A DNA stretch of 64,000 nt from assembly GCA_963829785.1 (NCBI GenBank), contig CAWHJZ010000013.1, positions 65,377 to 129,376 on the forward strand, given 5' to 3'. Within the stretch, counting starts at the first letter, position 1; each line of letters begins with the position of its first letter. This document shows, one piece after another, positions 32,134 to 41,600 of this stretch. Source of the stretch: an uncultured Pseudomonadota bacterium. GTDB lineage: Bacteria; Pseudomonadota; Alphaproteobacteria; Rhizobiales; Xanthobacteraceae. The notes under the pieces are model-generated. The model made no database searches. It worked only from the letters and a program-made list of their open reading frames with translations, and was not told where the DNA came from. The translations under genes and the position numbers were made by a program.

Positions 32134-32673
32134 TCAGGTTTCTTCCGGTGGGGGGCCGGAGACCCGCTCGACGCGGGGCGGGTGGCCGGTGGCCTCGAGA
32201 AATTTGACCAGATCGTCGCGTGAAATCGCCGTCGTCATGGTGTTGGTGAGCGGGTGATAGTTCAACGTCTCGTGTTCCATCATGTCGGCATCGAGCACCA
32301 CGGTGATGCGGCCCGCCGTGTCGTTGATGGCCGCGAAGGGGGTCACCGAGCCGGGCTCCACCCCCAGCACTTCGCGCATCAGGTCGGCGGAGCCGAAGGA
32401 AAACCGGCCGCTGGCGCCCAGGAGCCGGTGCAGGCCCTTGAGGTCGATCAAGGCGTCCTCGCACGCCACCACCAAATATAGTGCCTGCTTCTTGTCGCGC
32501 AGGAACAGGTTCTTGGTGTGGCCGCCGGGGAGCTGGCCGCGCAGCGCCTGGCTCTCCTCGACCGTGAATACCGGCGGGTGCGTCACCGTCTTGTGGGCGA
32601 TGCCGAGGCCGTCGAGGAAGGCGAAAAGCCGGTCGGGGGTCTGGGCGGCGGAATTGGTGGGGGGTGTGGGCAC
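32134..32673 (-). CDS. Prolyl-tRNA editing domain protein (ProXp-ala/PrdX-like)
   Basis: HPPVFTVEES, HTKNLFLRDKK, LGVEPGSVTPF, YHPLTNTMT. Confidence 0.9.
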   Translation of the reverse strand: MPTPPTNSAAQTPDRLFAFLDGLGIAHKTVTHPPVFTVEESQALRGQLPGGHTKNLFLRDKKQALYLVVACEDALIDLKGLHRLLGASGRFSFGSADLMREVLGVEPGSVTPFAAINDTAGRITVVLDADMMEHETLNYHPLTNTMTTAISRDDLVKFLEATGHPPRVERVSGPPPEET

Positions 32674-32737
32674 GGCTAGGGAACATTATATGCAGGAGCG
32701 AGGTTATTATCATCCCCCGGACGAAATGAGGTCTGAC

Positions 32738-33007
32738 ATGTTGCGAATTCTGCTGGCTGCCGCCGTCCTGACCGGCGTTGCGACACTTGGTCCGAGTTCC
32801 GCCAGTGCCTACGGGGAGCGCCCCTGGTGCGCGGTGGCGAGCGTCGGTTTGCAAGGTGTCGTGAGGGATTGCAGCTATTGGAGTTTCGAGGCCTGTGTAC
32901 CCCATGTTCTCGCCGGAAACCGCGGCTTTTGCGAGCCGAATCAGGACTGGCGCGGGCCGGTCGAGCGGTATCCGCGGCGCACTTACCGCCATCGCTCCCG
33001 GCGCTGA
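32738..33007 (+). CDS. Small secreted Cys-rich protein (DUF3551-like)
   Basis: Signal peptide; PWCA...DCSYWSFEAC...GFCEPN; Arg-rich tail. Confidence 0.75.
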   Translation: MLRILLAAAVLTGVATLGPSSASAYGERPWCAVASVGLQGVVRDCSYWSFEACVPHVLAGNRGFCEPNQDWRGPVERYPRRTYRHRSRR

Positions 33008-33104
33008 CGGACGAGTTGCCAAAGGGCCGGCCTTGTGGCTATAGGAACGGCCTTGCCCGGCTGGTATCGAAATTTAACCGGTTGGGCCTAAGTACCTATC
33101 GGAT

Positions 33105-33179
<75 letters not shown>

Positions 33180-33209
33180 GTCCCCCTCGCCAGAGGGGGG
33201 ATCGAAATG

Positions 33210-33234
33210 GCCGCCGCCAACCGGCGGCTTTTTT
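33210..33234 (+). terminator. Rho-independent terminator after tRNA-Gly
   Basis: GCCGCCG-CCAAC-CGGCGGC-TTTTTT. Confidence 0.8.
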
Positions 33235-33265
33235 GCGTTTTGGGCCCCTCCGCGCGTTCCGCCAA

Positions 33266-33317
33266 GCTGACATTTCGCTGACAACTCGCTGACAAGGCCG
33301 GTCAGCCTGCCGTCAGC
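33266..33317. promoter_or_regulatory. Phased GCTGAC repeat array upstream of the cytochrome operon
   Basis: GCTGACA at 33266, 33277, 33288; inverted GTCAGC at 33301 and 33312. Confidence 0.6.
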
Positions 33318-33363
33318 GCTTGCCGCGTAAGCCTTGCGCCACTTTCAGCAGGTGGCGCGGGAC

Positions 33364-34539
33364 ATGCTCGACCGGCAGCGCAACGACGACATCATCACCG
33401 CCGCCCCGGCGCGGATCGAATCCGAAGTGCCGGCGCGCGTGGTGGTCTGGGATCGCGTGGTGCGCGGCTTCCACTGGTCGCTGGTCGCGGCCATCGCGCT
33501 GGCGGCGGTTACCGGCTTTTTTGCCGGCGCGCCGTGGATCGACGTCCATGTCTGGGCCGGCGCGGCGGCGGCGGCGCTGGTCGCCGGCCGCTTCGTCTGG
33601 GGCTTCCTCGGATCGACCCATGCCCGCTTTGCTGATTTCGTCGTCTCGCCGGCGACGGCTTTGGCGCACGTGCGGGTATTGTTCACCGGCCGCGCGCACC
33701 GCCATCGCGGCCACAATCCGCTTGGCGGCGTCATGATCCTCGCGCTGCTCGCGGTGATCGCCGCCATCGCGGTGAGCGGCGCGCTTGCATTGGGCGGCGC
33801 CGAGAAGGCGGGACCGTTTGCTTTCCTCACCACTTTCGCAACCGGCGTACAGGCGCGCGAAGTGCACGAGGCGTTGGCCTATGTCCTCGTCGGCCTCATC
33901 GTTCTGCATGTCGCCGGCGCGGTATTCGAAAGCCGGCGCACGCGCGAGAACTTGGTGCGCGCCATGCTCGACGGCCGCAAACAAATCCGCCGTGGTGATC
34001 ATCCCGCGCGTCCGGCGGCGGCGCGTCCGCGACTGGCCGCTGCCGTTGCTGCCATCGTCTTCGTTGCCACTGCGGGAATGATTGCAATGCTGAGCCAATG
34101 GCCGGGGCTCGGCGTTCCGCTGGCCAAGGTCGATCCGGTCTATGCCGCGGAATGCGGTGCTTGCCACACGGCCTATCATCCGAGCCTGTTGCCGAAAGCT
34201 TCGTGGGCGGCGTTGACCGCTGATCTCGCCAATCATTTCGGCGAGGACGCCAGCCTCGATGCGGCGGCCACTGCGCGCATCACCAACTATCTTGTCACTA
34301 ACGCCGCGGAAACCGCCGACACGCTGGCCGCCAACCGCTTGCGTCGCGTGGATGCCGCAAAGCCTTTCACCATCACCGCGACGCCGTTCTGGCGCCGCCG
34401 CCACGGCGACATTGCCGACGCGGTGTTCGCGTCGAAGGCGGTCGGCGGCCGCGGCAATTGTGTGGCCTGTCATGCCGACGCGCGCAGCGGGCGCTTCTAT
34501 CCCGGCAATATCCAAATCCCTACAGAGGCGAGACCATGA
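33364..34539 (+). CDS. Cytochrome b (CytB) fused to diheme cytochrome c domain
   Basis: VWDRVVRGFHW, RGHNPLGG, VHE, LHVAG, RENLVRAM; C-terminal CGACH and CVACH with NHFGEDASLD. Confidence 0.9.
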   Translation: MLDRQRNDDIITAAPARIESEVPARVVVWDRVVRGFHWSLVAAIALAAVTGFFAGAPWIDVHVWAGAAAAALVAGRFVWGFLGSTHARFADFVVSPATALAHVRVLFTGRAHRHRGHNPLGGVMILALLAVIAAIAVSGALALGGAEKAGPFAFLTTFATGVQAREVHEALAYVLVGLIVLHVAGAVFESRRTRENLVRAMLDGRKQIRRGDHPARPAAARPRLAAAVAAIVFVATAGMIAMLSQWPGLGVPLAKVDPVYAAECGACHTAYHPSLLPKASWAALTADLANHFGEDASLDAAATARITNYLVTNAAETADTLAANRLRRVDAAKPFTITATPFWRRRHGDIADAVFASKAVGGRGNCVACHADARSGRFYPGNIQIPTEARP

Positions 34540-34940
34540 AATTGAAATCCTTATCCATCGTGCTGGCCGCGCTTGGCATGGCGGCAACGGTAGCGGTCGC
34601 CGCCAGCCCCGCGCGGCAGGCCATCCTCGACGGGTACGCCGCGAAGGCCGGCGGCCAACCATCGGCGGCACGCGGCAAAGCCTTCTTCTTTGCCACGCAT
34701 AGCGGCGGCAAACCGAACGTTGGTTCATGCACCGCCTGCCACGGAAAGAACCCGCGCAACACCGGCCGCACCCGCGCCGGCAAGCCGATCGAACCCATGG
34801 CCGTGTCGGTCACCCCGTCGCGCTTCACCGATGCCGCCAAGGTCGAGAAGTGGTTCGGCCGCAATTGCAAGACCGTACTCGGGCGCGTCTGCACCGCCGC
34901 CGAGAAAGCCGACTTCATCGCCTTCATGGCGAGCCAATAA
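34536..34940 (+). CDS. shp: Sphaeroides heme protein (DUF1924 family cytochrome c)
   Basis: Signal peptide, CTACH, RFTDAAKVEKWFGRNCKTVLGRVC (Asn ligand and C-terminal Cys pair). Confidence 0.88.
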   Translation: MKLKSLSIVLAALGMAATVAVAASPARQAILDGYAAKAGGQPSAARGKAFFFATHSGGKPNVGSCTACHGKNPRNTGRTRAGKPIEPMAVSVTPSRFTDAAKVEKWFGRNCKTVLGRVCTAAEKADFIAFMASQ

Positions 34941-34963
34941 CGAACAGCAGAAAGGAATACGCC

Positions 34964-35485
34964 ATGCGTATCGCGCGACTGTCTTTCCCGGTTTGGCCAT
35001 TCGGTGCGGCGCTCGCGGTTGCCGGCGCCGTGTTTGCCGCTGGCCTGTTTGCCGGTCCCGGCGCCAAGGCGAAGGACGGCGAAGGCGCGCTGCGGCCGGT
35101 CAGCGACAAGACGGTGCTGACGGAGTGCAGCGCCTGCCATATGGCCTTCCCGCCGGCGCTGTTGCCGGCGCGCTCGTGGCGAGCGCTGATGGGCGGGCTG
35201 GACGATCATTTCGGTGAGAATGCCGCGCTCGATGCGGCGACCGCCAAACACATCACCGACTATCTCGTCGCCAATGCGGCCGATGCCGGCAACGGAAATC
35301 GCCGGATCCTGCGCGGCGTGAGGCCAAGCGACACGCCGCTGCGCATCACCGAGATGCCGTGGTGGGTCCGCGAGCACCGCGGCGAGGTGCGGCCGAGCGC
35401 TTTCAAGGATCCACGCGTCGGCTCCAAAGCCAATTGCGTCGCCTGCCACCGCGGCGCCGCCAAGGGCTATTTCGGCGACGACTGA
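34964..35485 (+). CDS. dhc: Diheme cytochrome c
   Basis: CSACHMAFPP.LLP, DHFGENAALD, PLRITEMPWWVREH, NCVACH. Confidence 0.88.
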   Translation: MRIARLSFPVWPFGAALAVAGAVFAAGLFAGPGAKAKDGEGALRPVSDKTVLTECSACHMAFPPALLPARSWRALMGGLDDHFGENAALDAATAKHITDYLVANAADAGNGNRRILRGVRPSDTPLRITEMPWWVREHRGEVRPSAFKDPRVGSKANCVACHRGAAKGYFGDD

Positions 35486-35498
35486 GTTTGCGGCGCGC

Positions 35499-35966
35499 CT
35501 ACCGTTCCTTCACGTCCGCAATCTCCCCGCGGGTCATGCGCACCAGTTCCGCCGGCGTGGTCTGGAACACATGGCGCGGCGAGCCGGCCGCGGCCCAGAT
35601 GGGATCGAGCGCCATCAGGTCGGCGTCGATGAAGATGCGTAGGCCGCTGCCGTGGCCGACAGGGGCGACGCCGCCGATGGCGAACCCGGTGGTGTCGCGC
35701 ACCCAGCGACCTGGCGCCGGCGTCACCGCCTGGCCGAGGCGGTCGGCGATCTTGGCGAGATCGACGCGGTTGGCGCCGGAGGCGATCACCAGCACCGCTT
35801 GCTCGCCGGCGCGCAGCACGATCGACTTGGCGATCTGCGCCACCGTGCAGCCGACGGCGTTGGCGGCGTCCTGCGCGGTGCGCGTGCCGTCCGGGAACAT
35901 GGTGATGGTGTCGGCGTGGCCGGCCGCAACAAGCGCCGCGCGCACGCGTTCAACCGAGTCGCTCAA
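35499..35966 (-). CDS. YbaK/EbsC family aminoacyl-tRNA deacylase-like protein (probable TTG start)
   Basis: TRTAQDAA, QIAKSIV, SGANRVD, TGFAIGGVAPVGH, WAAAG. Confidence 0.88.
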   Translation of the reverse strand: MSDSVERVRAALVAAGHADTITMFPDGTRTAQDAANAVGCTVAQIAKSIVLRAGEQAVLVIASGANRVDLAKIADRLGQAVTPAPGRWVRDTTGFAIGGVAPVGHGSGLRIFIDADLMALDPIWAAAGSPRHVFQTTPAELVRMTRGEIADVKER

Positions 35967-35982
35967 ATCAAGAACCCTTTGC

Positions 35983-37680
35983 TCAATACCCGACCGCCAG
36001 CGCGCCGCGGGTGCGGCGGTCGGCGGCGCCCACATAGCCATCGGCCGTGACTTCGATCGAGTTGGCGTCGGTGTGCGGCGCGGTCGACACGATCGTGTGG
36101 CCGCGGGCCTTCAGCGCGTCGAGGACCGAGGGCTTGAAGCCCGGCTCGGCGAAGGTCTTGTCGGGCCGCCATTGGTTGTGCAGGCGCGGCGCGCTGACTG
36201 CATCGGCGACCGGCATGTGAAAGTCGATAACGTTGGTGATCACCTGCAGCACCGCGGTGATGATGCGGCTGCCGCCGGGCGAGCCGGTGACCAGGAACGG
36301 CTTGCCGTCCTTCAGCACGATGGTCGGGGTCATCGACGACAGCGGGCGCTTGCCGGGCGCGGGCAGATTGGCGTCGTAGCCGACCAGGCCGTAGGCGTTG
36401 GCGGTGCCCGACTTGGCGGTGAAATCGTCAAGCTCGTTGTTGAGCAGCACACCGGTGCCGCCCGCGACGAGGCCGACGCCATAGGAGAAGTTCAATGTGT
36501 AGGTATTCGACACCGCATTGCCGGCGCGGTCGACGACCGAGTAGTGCGTGGTGTTGCGGCCTTCGTTGCCGGCGGGCATGCCGGGGCGGATGTCGGCGGC
36601 GGGCGTCGCGTTATCGGTGATCGTGGCGCGCAAGCGCGCGGCATATTGTTTCGACGTGAGCCGCGCGAGCGGCATTTTGACGAAGGCCGGATCGCCGAGA
36701 TAAACGGCGCGGTCGGCATAGGCGCGTTTCATGGCTTCGATCAGATCGTGGAACGCGGGCGCGGTGCGGCCCAACTTCGCGAGATCGAAACCTTCCAGGA
36801 TGTTGAGCATCTCGACCAACGCGACGCCGCCCGACGACGGCGGCGGCATGGAGACGATCGTCTTGCCGCGATAAGTCCCGTGCAGCGGCTCGCGCTCGAC
36901 GGCACGGTAATGCGCGAGGTCGCCGGCGGTCATGACGCCGCCGGCCTGTTGCACGGCGGCGGCGATCTGTTCGGCAATGCGGCCGCGATAAAACGCGTCG
37001 GGACCGTGTTGCGCGATTCTCCGCAATGTCCCGGCAAGGTCGGGCTGCACCAGCCGGTCGCCTTCATGCAGCGGCTCATCGCCCTTGAAAAAGATCGCTT
37101 TCGACGATGGCCAGCGTCCCAGGCGTTCCTTCATCCGTGGCAGCGAGTTGGCGACATGGTCCTCGACCGGGAATCCCTCCTGCGCCAGCTTGATGGCCGG
37201 CGCGATCAATTCCGCCAGCGTGAACTTGCCGGAGCCGTATTTCTTTTCCGCCAGCGCCAGCCCGGCGACGGTGCCGGGCACGCCGATGGCAAGCCCCGAG
37301 TGGCGCGACTTCGCCGGATCGGGCTTGCCGTCAGGCCCTAGAAACATGGTCTCGCTGGCAGCGGCCGGCGCGGTTTCGCGATAATCGATGGCGGTGTTGC
37401 GGTTGCTTTTGGCGAGATGGATGACCATGAAGCCGCCGCCGCCAAGATTGCCGGCGACCGGATAGGTCACGGCCAGCGCGAAGCCGACCGCCACCGCGGC
37501 GTCGACCGCGTTGCCGCCGCGCTTGAGGACGTCGACACCGATGCGCGCCGCGCGGCTCTCTTGCGCCACCACCATGCCGTGACGGCCGAGCGCTACTTGC
37601 GCGGGCGGGATCGCCGTCTGCGCATGGGCGGCGCCCAGTGCAACGAAGATAAGAGTGAGGGAGATAATGAACCGACGCAT
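35983..37680 (-). CDS. ggt: Gamma-glutamyltranspeptidase
   Basis: GGNAVDAAVA, DYRETAP, TTHYSVVD, NNELDDF, KRPLSSMTP, GSPGGSRII. Confidence 0.95.
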   Translation of the reverse strand: MRRFIISLTLIFVALGAAHAQTAIPPAQVALGRHGMVVAQESRAARIGVDVLKRGGNAVDAAVAVGFALAVTYPVAGNLGGGGFMVIHLAKSNRNTAIDYRETAPAAASETMFLGPDGKPDPAKSRHSGLAIGVPGTVAGLALAEKKYGSGKFTLAELIAPAIKLAQEGFPVEDHVANSLPRMKERLGRWPSSKAIFFKGDEPLHEGDRLVQPDLAGTLRRIAQHGPDAFYRGRIAEQIAAAVQQAGGVMTAGDLAHYRAVEREPLHGTYRGKTIVSMPPPSSGGVALVEMLNILEGFDLAKLGRTAPAFHDLIEAMKRAYADRAVYLGDPAFVKMPLARLTSKQYAARLRATITDNATPAADIRPGMPAGNEGRNTTHYSVVDRAGNAVSNTYTLNFSYGVGLVAGGTGVLLNNELDDFTAKSGTANAYGLVGYDANLPAPGKRPLSSMTPTIVLKDGKPFLVTGSPGGSRIITAVLQVITNVIDFHMPVADAVSAPRLHNQWRPDKTFAEPGFKPSVLDALKARGHTIVSTAPHTDANSIEVTADGYVGAADRRTRGALAVGY

Positions 37681-37694
37681 GTCTTTTTTCTTCG

Positions 37695-37718
37695 CCTCTC
37701 CCCGCGGGCAGGGAGAGG
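37695..37718. repeat. CCCTCTCCC/GGGAGAGGG family palindrome
   Basis: CCTCTCCC-CGCGGGCA-GGGAGAGG; relatives at 50835, 53057, 55597, 63505. Confidence 0.6.
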
Positions 37719-37722
37719 GAAA

Positions 37723-38397
37723 TTATCTCGCCTGCCCGTGATACACCGTGTTCGGCCGCATGTCGGTGGCGGACGCCACCCGGTTCGACATGTTGAAGAA
37801 GCCGACGACCGCCGCGATGTCCCAGATGTCGCGGTCGCTGAATCCAACATGACGCAACGCATCGCGGTCGGCGTCATCCACCGCCCAGGGCTCCACCGTC
37901 AGTTTGACCGAAAAATCGAGCATGGCGCGCTGGCGCTTGTCGAGCCGCGCGACCCGGTAGTTCATCACCATGTGCTCACCGAGCAGCGGATTGCCGGAAT
38001 ATTGCCGCACCGCCGCGCCGTGGGCCGTGAGGCAATAGTAGCAGCGATTGTGCGAGGACACCGCGACCGCGATCATCTCGCGCTCGAGCTTGGACAACCC
38101 GCTCGGCCCCAGCATCAGGTCGTTGTACATGGCGACAAAGCTTTCCAGCTTTGCCATGTCGAAGGCGTAAGCCAGGAGCACATTCGGCACGAAGCCGAGC
38201 TTCTCGTTACATTTGTCGAAATAGCGCGCCATGCCCGGTGACAGTTCCGCCGGTGGCAGGTTGAGCGCGATGACCGGCTGGTCGTCCGGTACGATTTTGC
38301 GAGTCTCTTCACTGCGCAGCGCCGGCTTGCTTGCCGATTTGCTGGTGGCTTTGGCGGCGGCCTTGACGGCCTTGGTCTTACGGCTTGCTTTGGGCAT
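37723..38397 (-). CDS. Peroxidase-related enzyme (AhpD/CMD family)
   Basis: EKLGFVPNV, EREMIAVAVSSHNRCYYCLTAHG, FFNMSNR. Confidence 0.9.
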   Translation of the reverse strand: MPKASRKTKAVKAAAKATSKSASKPALRSEETRKIVPDDQPVIALNLPPAELSPGMARYFDKCNEKLGFVPNVLLAYAFDMAKLESFVAMYNDLMLGPSGLSKLEREMIAVAVSSHNRCYYCLTAHGAAVRQYSGNPLLGEHMVMNYRVARLDKRQRAMLDFSVKLTVEPWAVDDADRDALRHVGFSDRDIWDIAAVVGFFNMSNRVASATDMRPNTVYHGQAR

Positions 38398-38643
38398 CGG
38401 CTGCACGCGCCTCTTGCTTGTTCCATCCCGCGCCCAGCCTACAATGTTCTGCACTGCCGCGATATCCCGGCGCCTTCATGCTTTCGCCTGCCAAGTCAGA
38501 GTCTTAGCGTCAATGCGACGGCGCGGTGCGCGCGCCCGCGGTCACAGCTTGGTCACCAAATAGTGCCTTGCTCTCGACGCGCGCGGGGGGAATGTGAACA
38601 CTCACGCGGGCGATTTTCTCAAGGACCGCGTGCGAGGACCCCC

Positions 38644-41600
38644 ATGGCCGGTGAACTTCCAGACAGCGAGGAAGAAGGTTTGGCCCACGCCAGCCTGGCG
38701 CAGGCCGGCGACACGCTGCATGGCCGCCGTCCCGACATCCCGGCGGGTTTCGTCGTGCATCTTTATGAGCGCACGGTGCCGGAAGACGTGGTGCGCTACG
38801 ACCCCGTCGAGCTTGCCGCGCTGGCCGAGCGCGCCTTCGATTTCCTCAGCGTGCGCACGCCCGGCACGCCGAAAATCCGCTGCGAGACGGTGCGCCTGCA
38901 CGAGGCCGGCGAGCATAAGCAGGTGACGGTCGTCGAAGTCGTCAACGACGACATGCCGTTCCTGGTCGATTCGGTGATGGGCGAGCTGGCCGAGCGCAAG
39001 CTCGAGGTGGACCTGGCGGCGCATCCGGTGTTCGGCGTGCGCCGCGAAGGCGACAAACTGGTCGCGGTCGGTGGCGCCGACGCGCCGAACCATACGCGCG
39101 AGAGCTTTATCCACGCCCACATCGAGACCGTCGCCGATCCGGCGGTCTGCGCCGAGCTTTGCCGCGCGCTGGAGCTGGTGCTGAAAGAGGTGCGGCTGGC
39201 GGTGCAGGACTGGCGGCCGATGCTGGAGCGCGTCAACGCCATCGTCGCCGACATCAAGACCAATCCGCCGCCGCTGCCGGTGGACGAAATCGCCGAGGCG
39301 ATCCAGTTCCTGCAATGGCTGGCGGCCGACAATTTCACCTTCCTCGGCGTGCGCAATTACCTCTTCGACGGCCACGAGCTGGTGCCCGATTACGACAGCG
39401 CGCTCGGCATCATGCGCAACCGCGATTTGCTGGTGCTCAAGCGCGGCGACGAACACCTGGAATTCACGCCGGAGATCATGGCGTTTCTGATGGAGCCGCG
39501 GCCGCTGATCATCGCCAAGGCCAACATCCACGCCCGCGTGCACCGGCGCGCCTATCTCGATTATATCGGCGTCAAGCATTTCGACGCCGAGGGCAATCTG
39601 CTCGGCGAGCAGCGCTTCGTCGGCCTGTTCACCTCCACGGCCTACACCCGCTCCGCCCACGGCATTCCCTATCTGCGCCGCAAGCTCGCGGCCATCGAGC
39701 GGCGCGCCGGCTTTGCCGGCAACAGCCATTCCGGCAAGGCGCTGGCGAACGTACTGGAGCATTACCCGCGCGACGAGCTGTTCCAGGTCGACGAAGACAC
39801 GCTCTACCGCTTCGTCATGACCATCCTGCATCTCGACGAGCATCCGCGCGTGCGCGTGCTCGCGCGCCGCGACCGTTTCGATCGTTTCGTGTCCGTGTTG
39901 GTTTATGCACCGCGCGACCGCTACGGCAGCGCGGTGCGGGTGAAGATCGGCGCGTATCTGGCGCAAGCTTACATCGGACGGGTGTCGGCGTTCTATCCGT
40001 TCTTCCCGGAAGGGCCGCTGGTGCGCGTGCATTTCATCATCGGGCGTTCGGGCGGGCCGACGCCGGAGGTCGCGCGCGCAACGTTGGAGCGCGAGATCGA
40101 GTCCATCATCCGCACCTGGACCGACGGTCTGTACGAGTCGCTCGAACTCAGCCATCCGCCGGAGACCGCGCGCGCCCTGTTCAAGCGCTATTGCGGCGCG
40201 TTTTCGGAAGGCTTCCATGAGGCTTATTCGCCGGCGGTGGCCGCGGTCGACGTCGAGACCATCGAGGGCCTGTCGGCCGAGCGGCCGCTCGGCGTCGATT
40301 TCCGCCACCGCCAGGAAGAAGACCAGCGCACCGCCGGCCTGAAGGTATGGAGCCTGGAGCGGCCGCTGCCGCTGTCGGAACGCGTGCCCGTGTTGGAGAA
40401 CATGGGCTTCAAGGTGGTGGACGAGCGCACCTACCACATCGCCCCGCAAGGCGGCCACAGCGTCTGGTTCCACGACATGCTGCTCACGCGCAGCGACGGC
40501 GAGGCCATCGACCTGCAGGCGACACAGGGGCCGCTCGAAGCCACCTTCCTGATGGTGATGCGGGGTGCCGCCGAGAACGACGGATACAACGCGCTCACCC
40601 TGGTGGGCGGGATGCCGTGGCGCGACGTGGCGCTGATCCGCACGCTGTCGCGTTATCTGCGTCAGGTTCGCCTGCCGTTCTCGCAGGACTACATGTGGAC
40701 GACGCTCGTCAAACACGCAGGGATAGCCCGCGAGATCGTCGATTTGTTCCACGCGCGCTTCGACCCGCGTGTCGAAGCCGCAAAAAACCGCGACGGCACG
40801 CAGCAGGAAATCGTTGTGCGTATCGAGGAGGCGCTGCAGGCGGTCGAAAGCCTGGACGAAGACCGCATCCTACGTCACTTCCTCAATGCGGTGCAGTCGG
40901 CGCTGCGCACCAATTTCTATCAGGTGGGCGATGACGGGCAGCCCAAGCCGCTGATTGCCGTCAAGTTCGAGAGCGGCAAGCTCACCACCATGCCGCTGCC
41001 GCGCCCGCTCTACGAGATCTTCGTCTATTCGCCGCGGGTGGAGGGCATCCATCTGCGTTTCGGCAAGGTGGCGCGCGGTGGTATCCGCTGGTCCGACCGG
41101 CCGCAGGACTTCCGCACCGAGGTCCTCGGCCTGGTGAAGGCGCAGCAGGTCAAGAACGCGGTGATCGTGCCGGTCGGCGCCAAGGGCGGCTTCGTGCCCA
41201 AGCTGATGCCGAAAGGCGCCGCTCGCGACGTGGTGCAGGCCGAAGGCGTCGCCACCTACAAGCTGTTCATCTCAACGCTGCTCGACATCACCGATAACAT
41301 CGATGCGGACGGCCGCATCGTGCCGCCGGAAAACGTCGTACGTCACGGCCCCGACGATCCCTATCTGGTGGTCGCCGCCGACAAGGGCACCGCCACCTTC
41401 TCCGACATCGCCAACGGGATCTCCGAGGACCACGACTTCTGGCTGGACGACGCGTTCGCGTCAGGCGGGTCGGCCGGCTACGACCACAAGGTGATGGGCA
41501 TCACCGCGCGCGGCGCCTGGGAATCGGTCAAACGCCATTTCCGCGAGATGGACATCAATATCCACGAGACGCCGTTCACCGCGGTCGGCGTCGGCGACAT

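Noticed and set aside
38602-40752. Long antisense ORFs (e.g. 716 aa opposite gdhB, 738 aa opposite the permease, 658 aa opposite the heparinase gene)
   Set aside because: Typical shadow ORFs of high-GC coding DNA; no recognisable motifs
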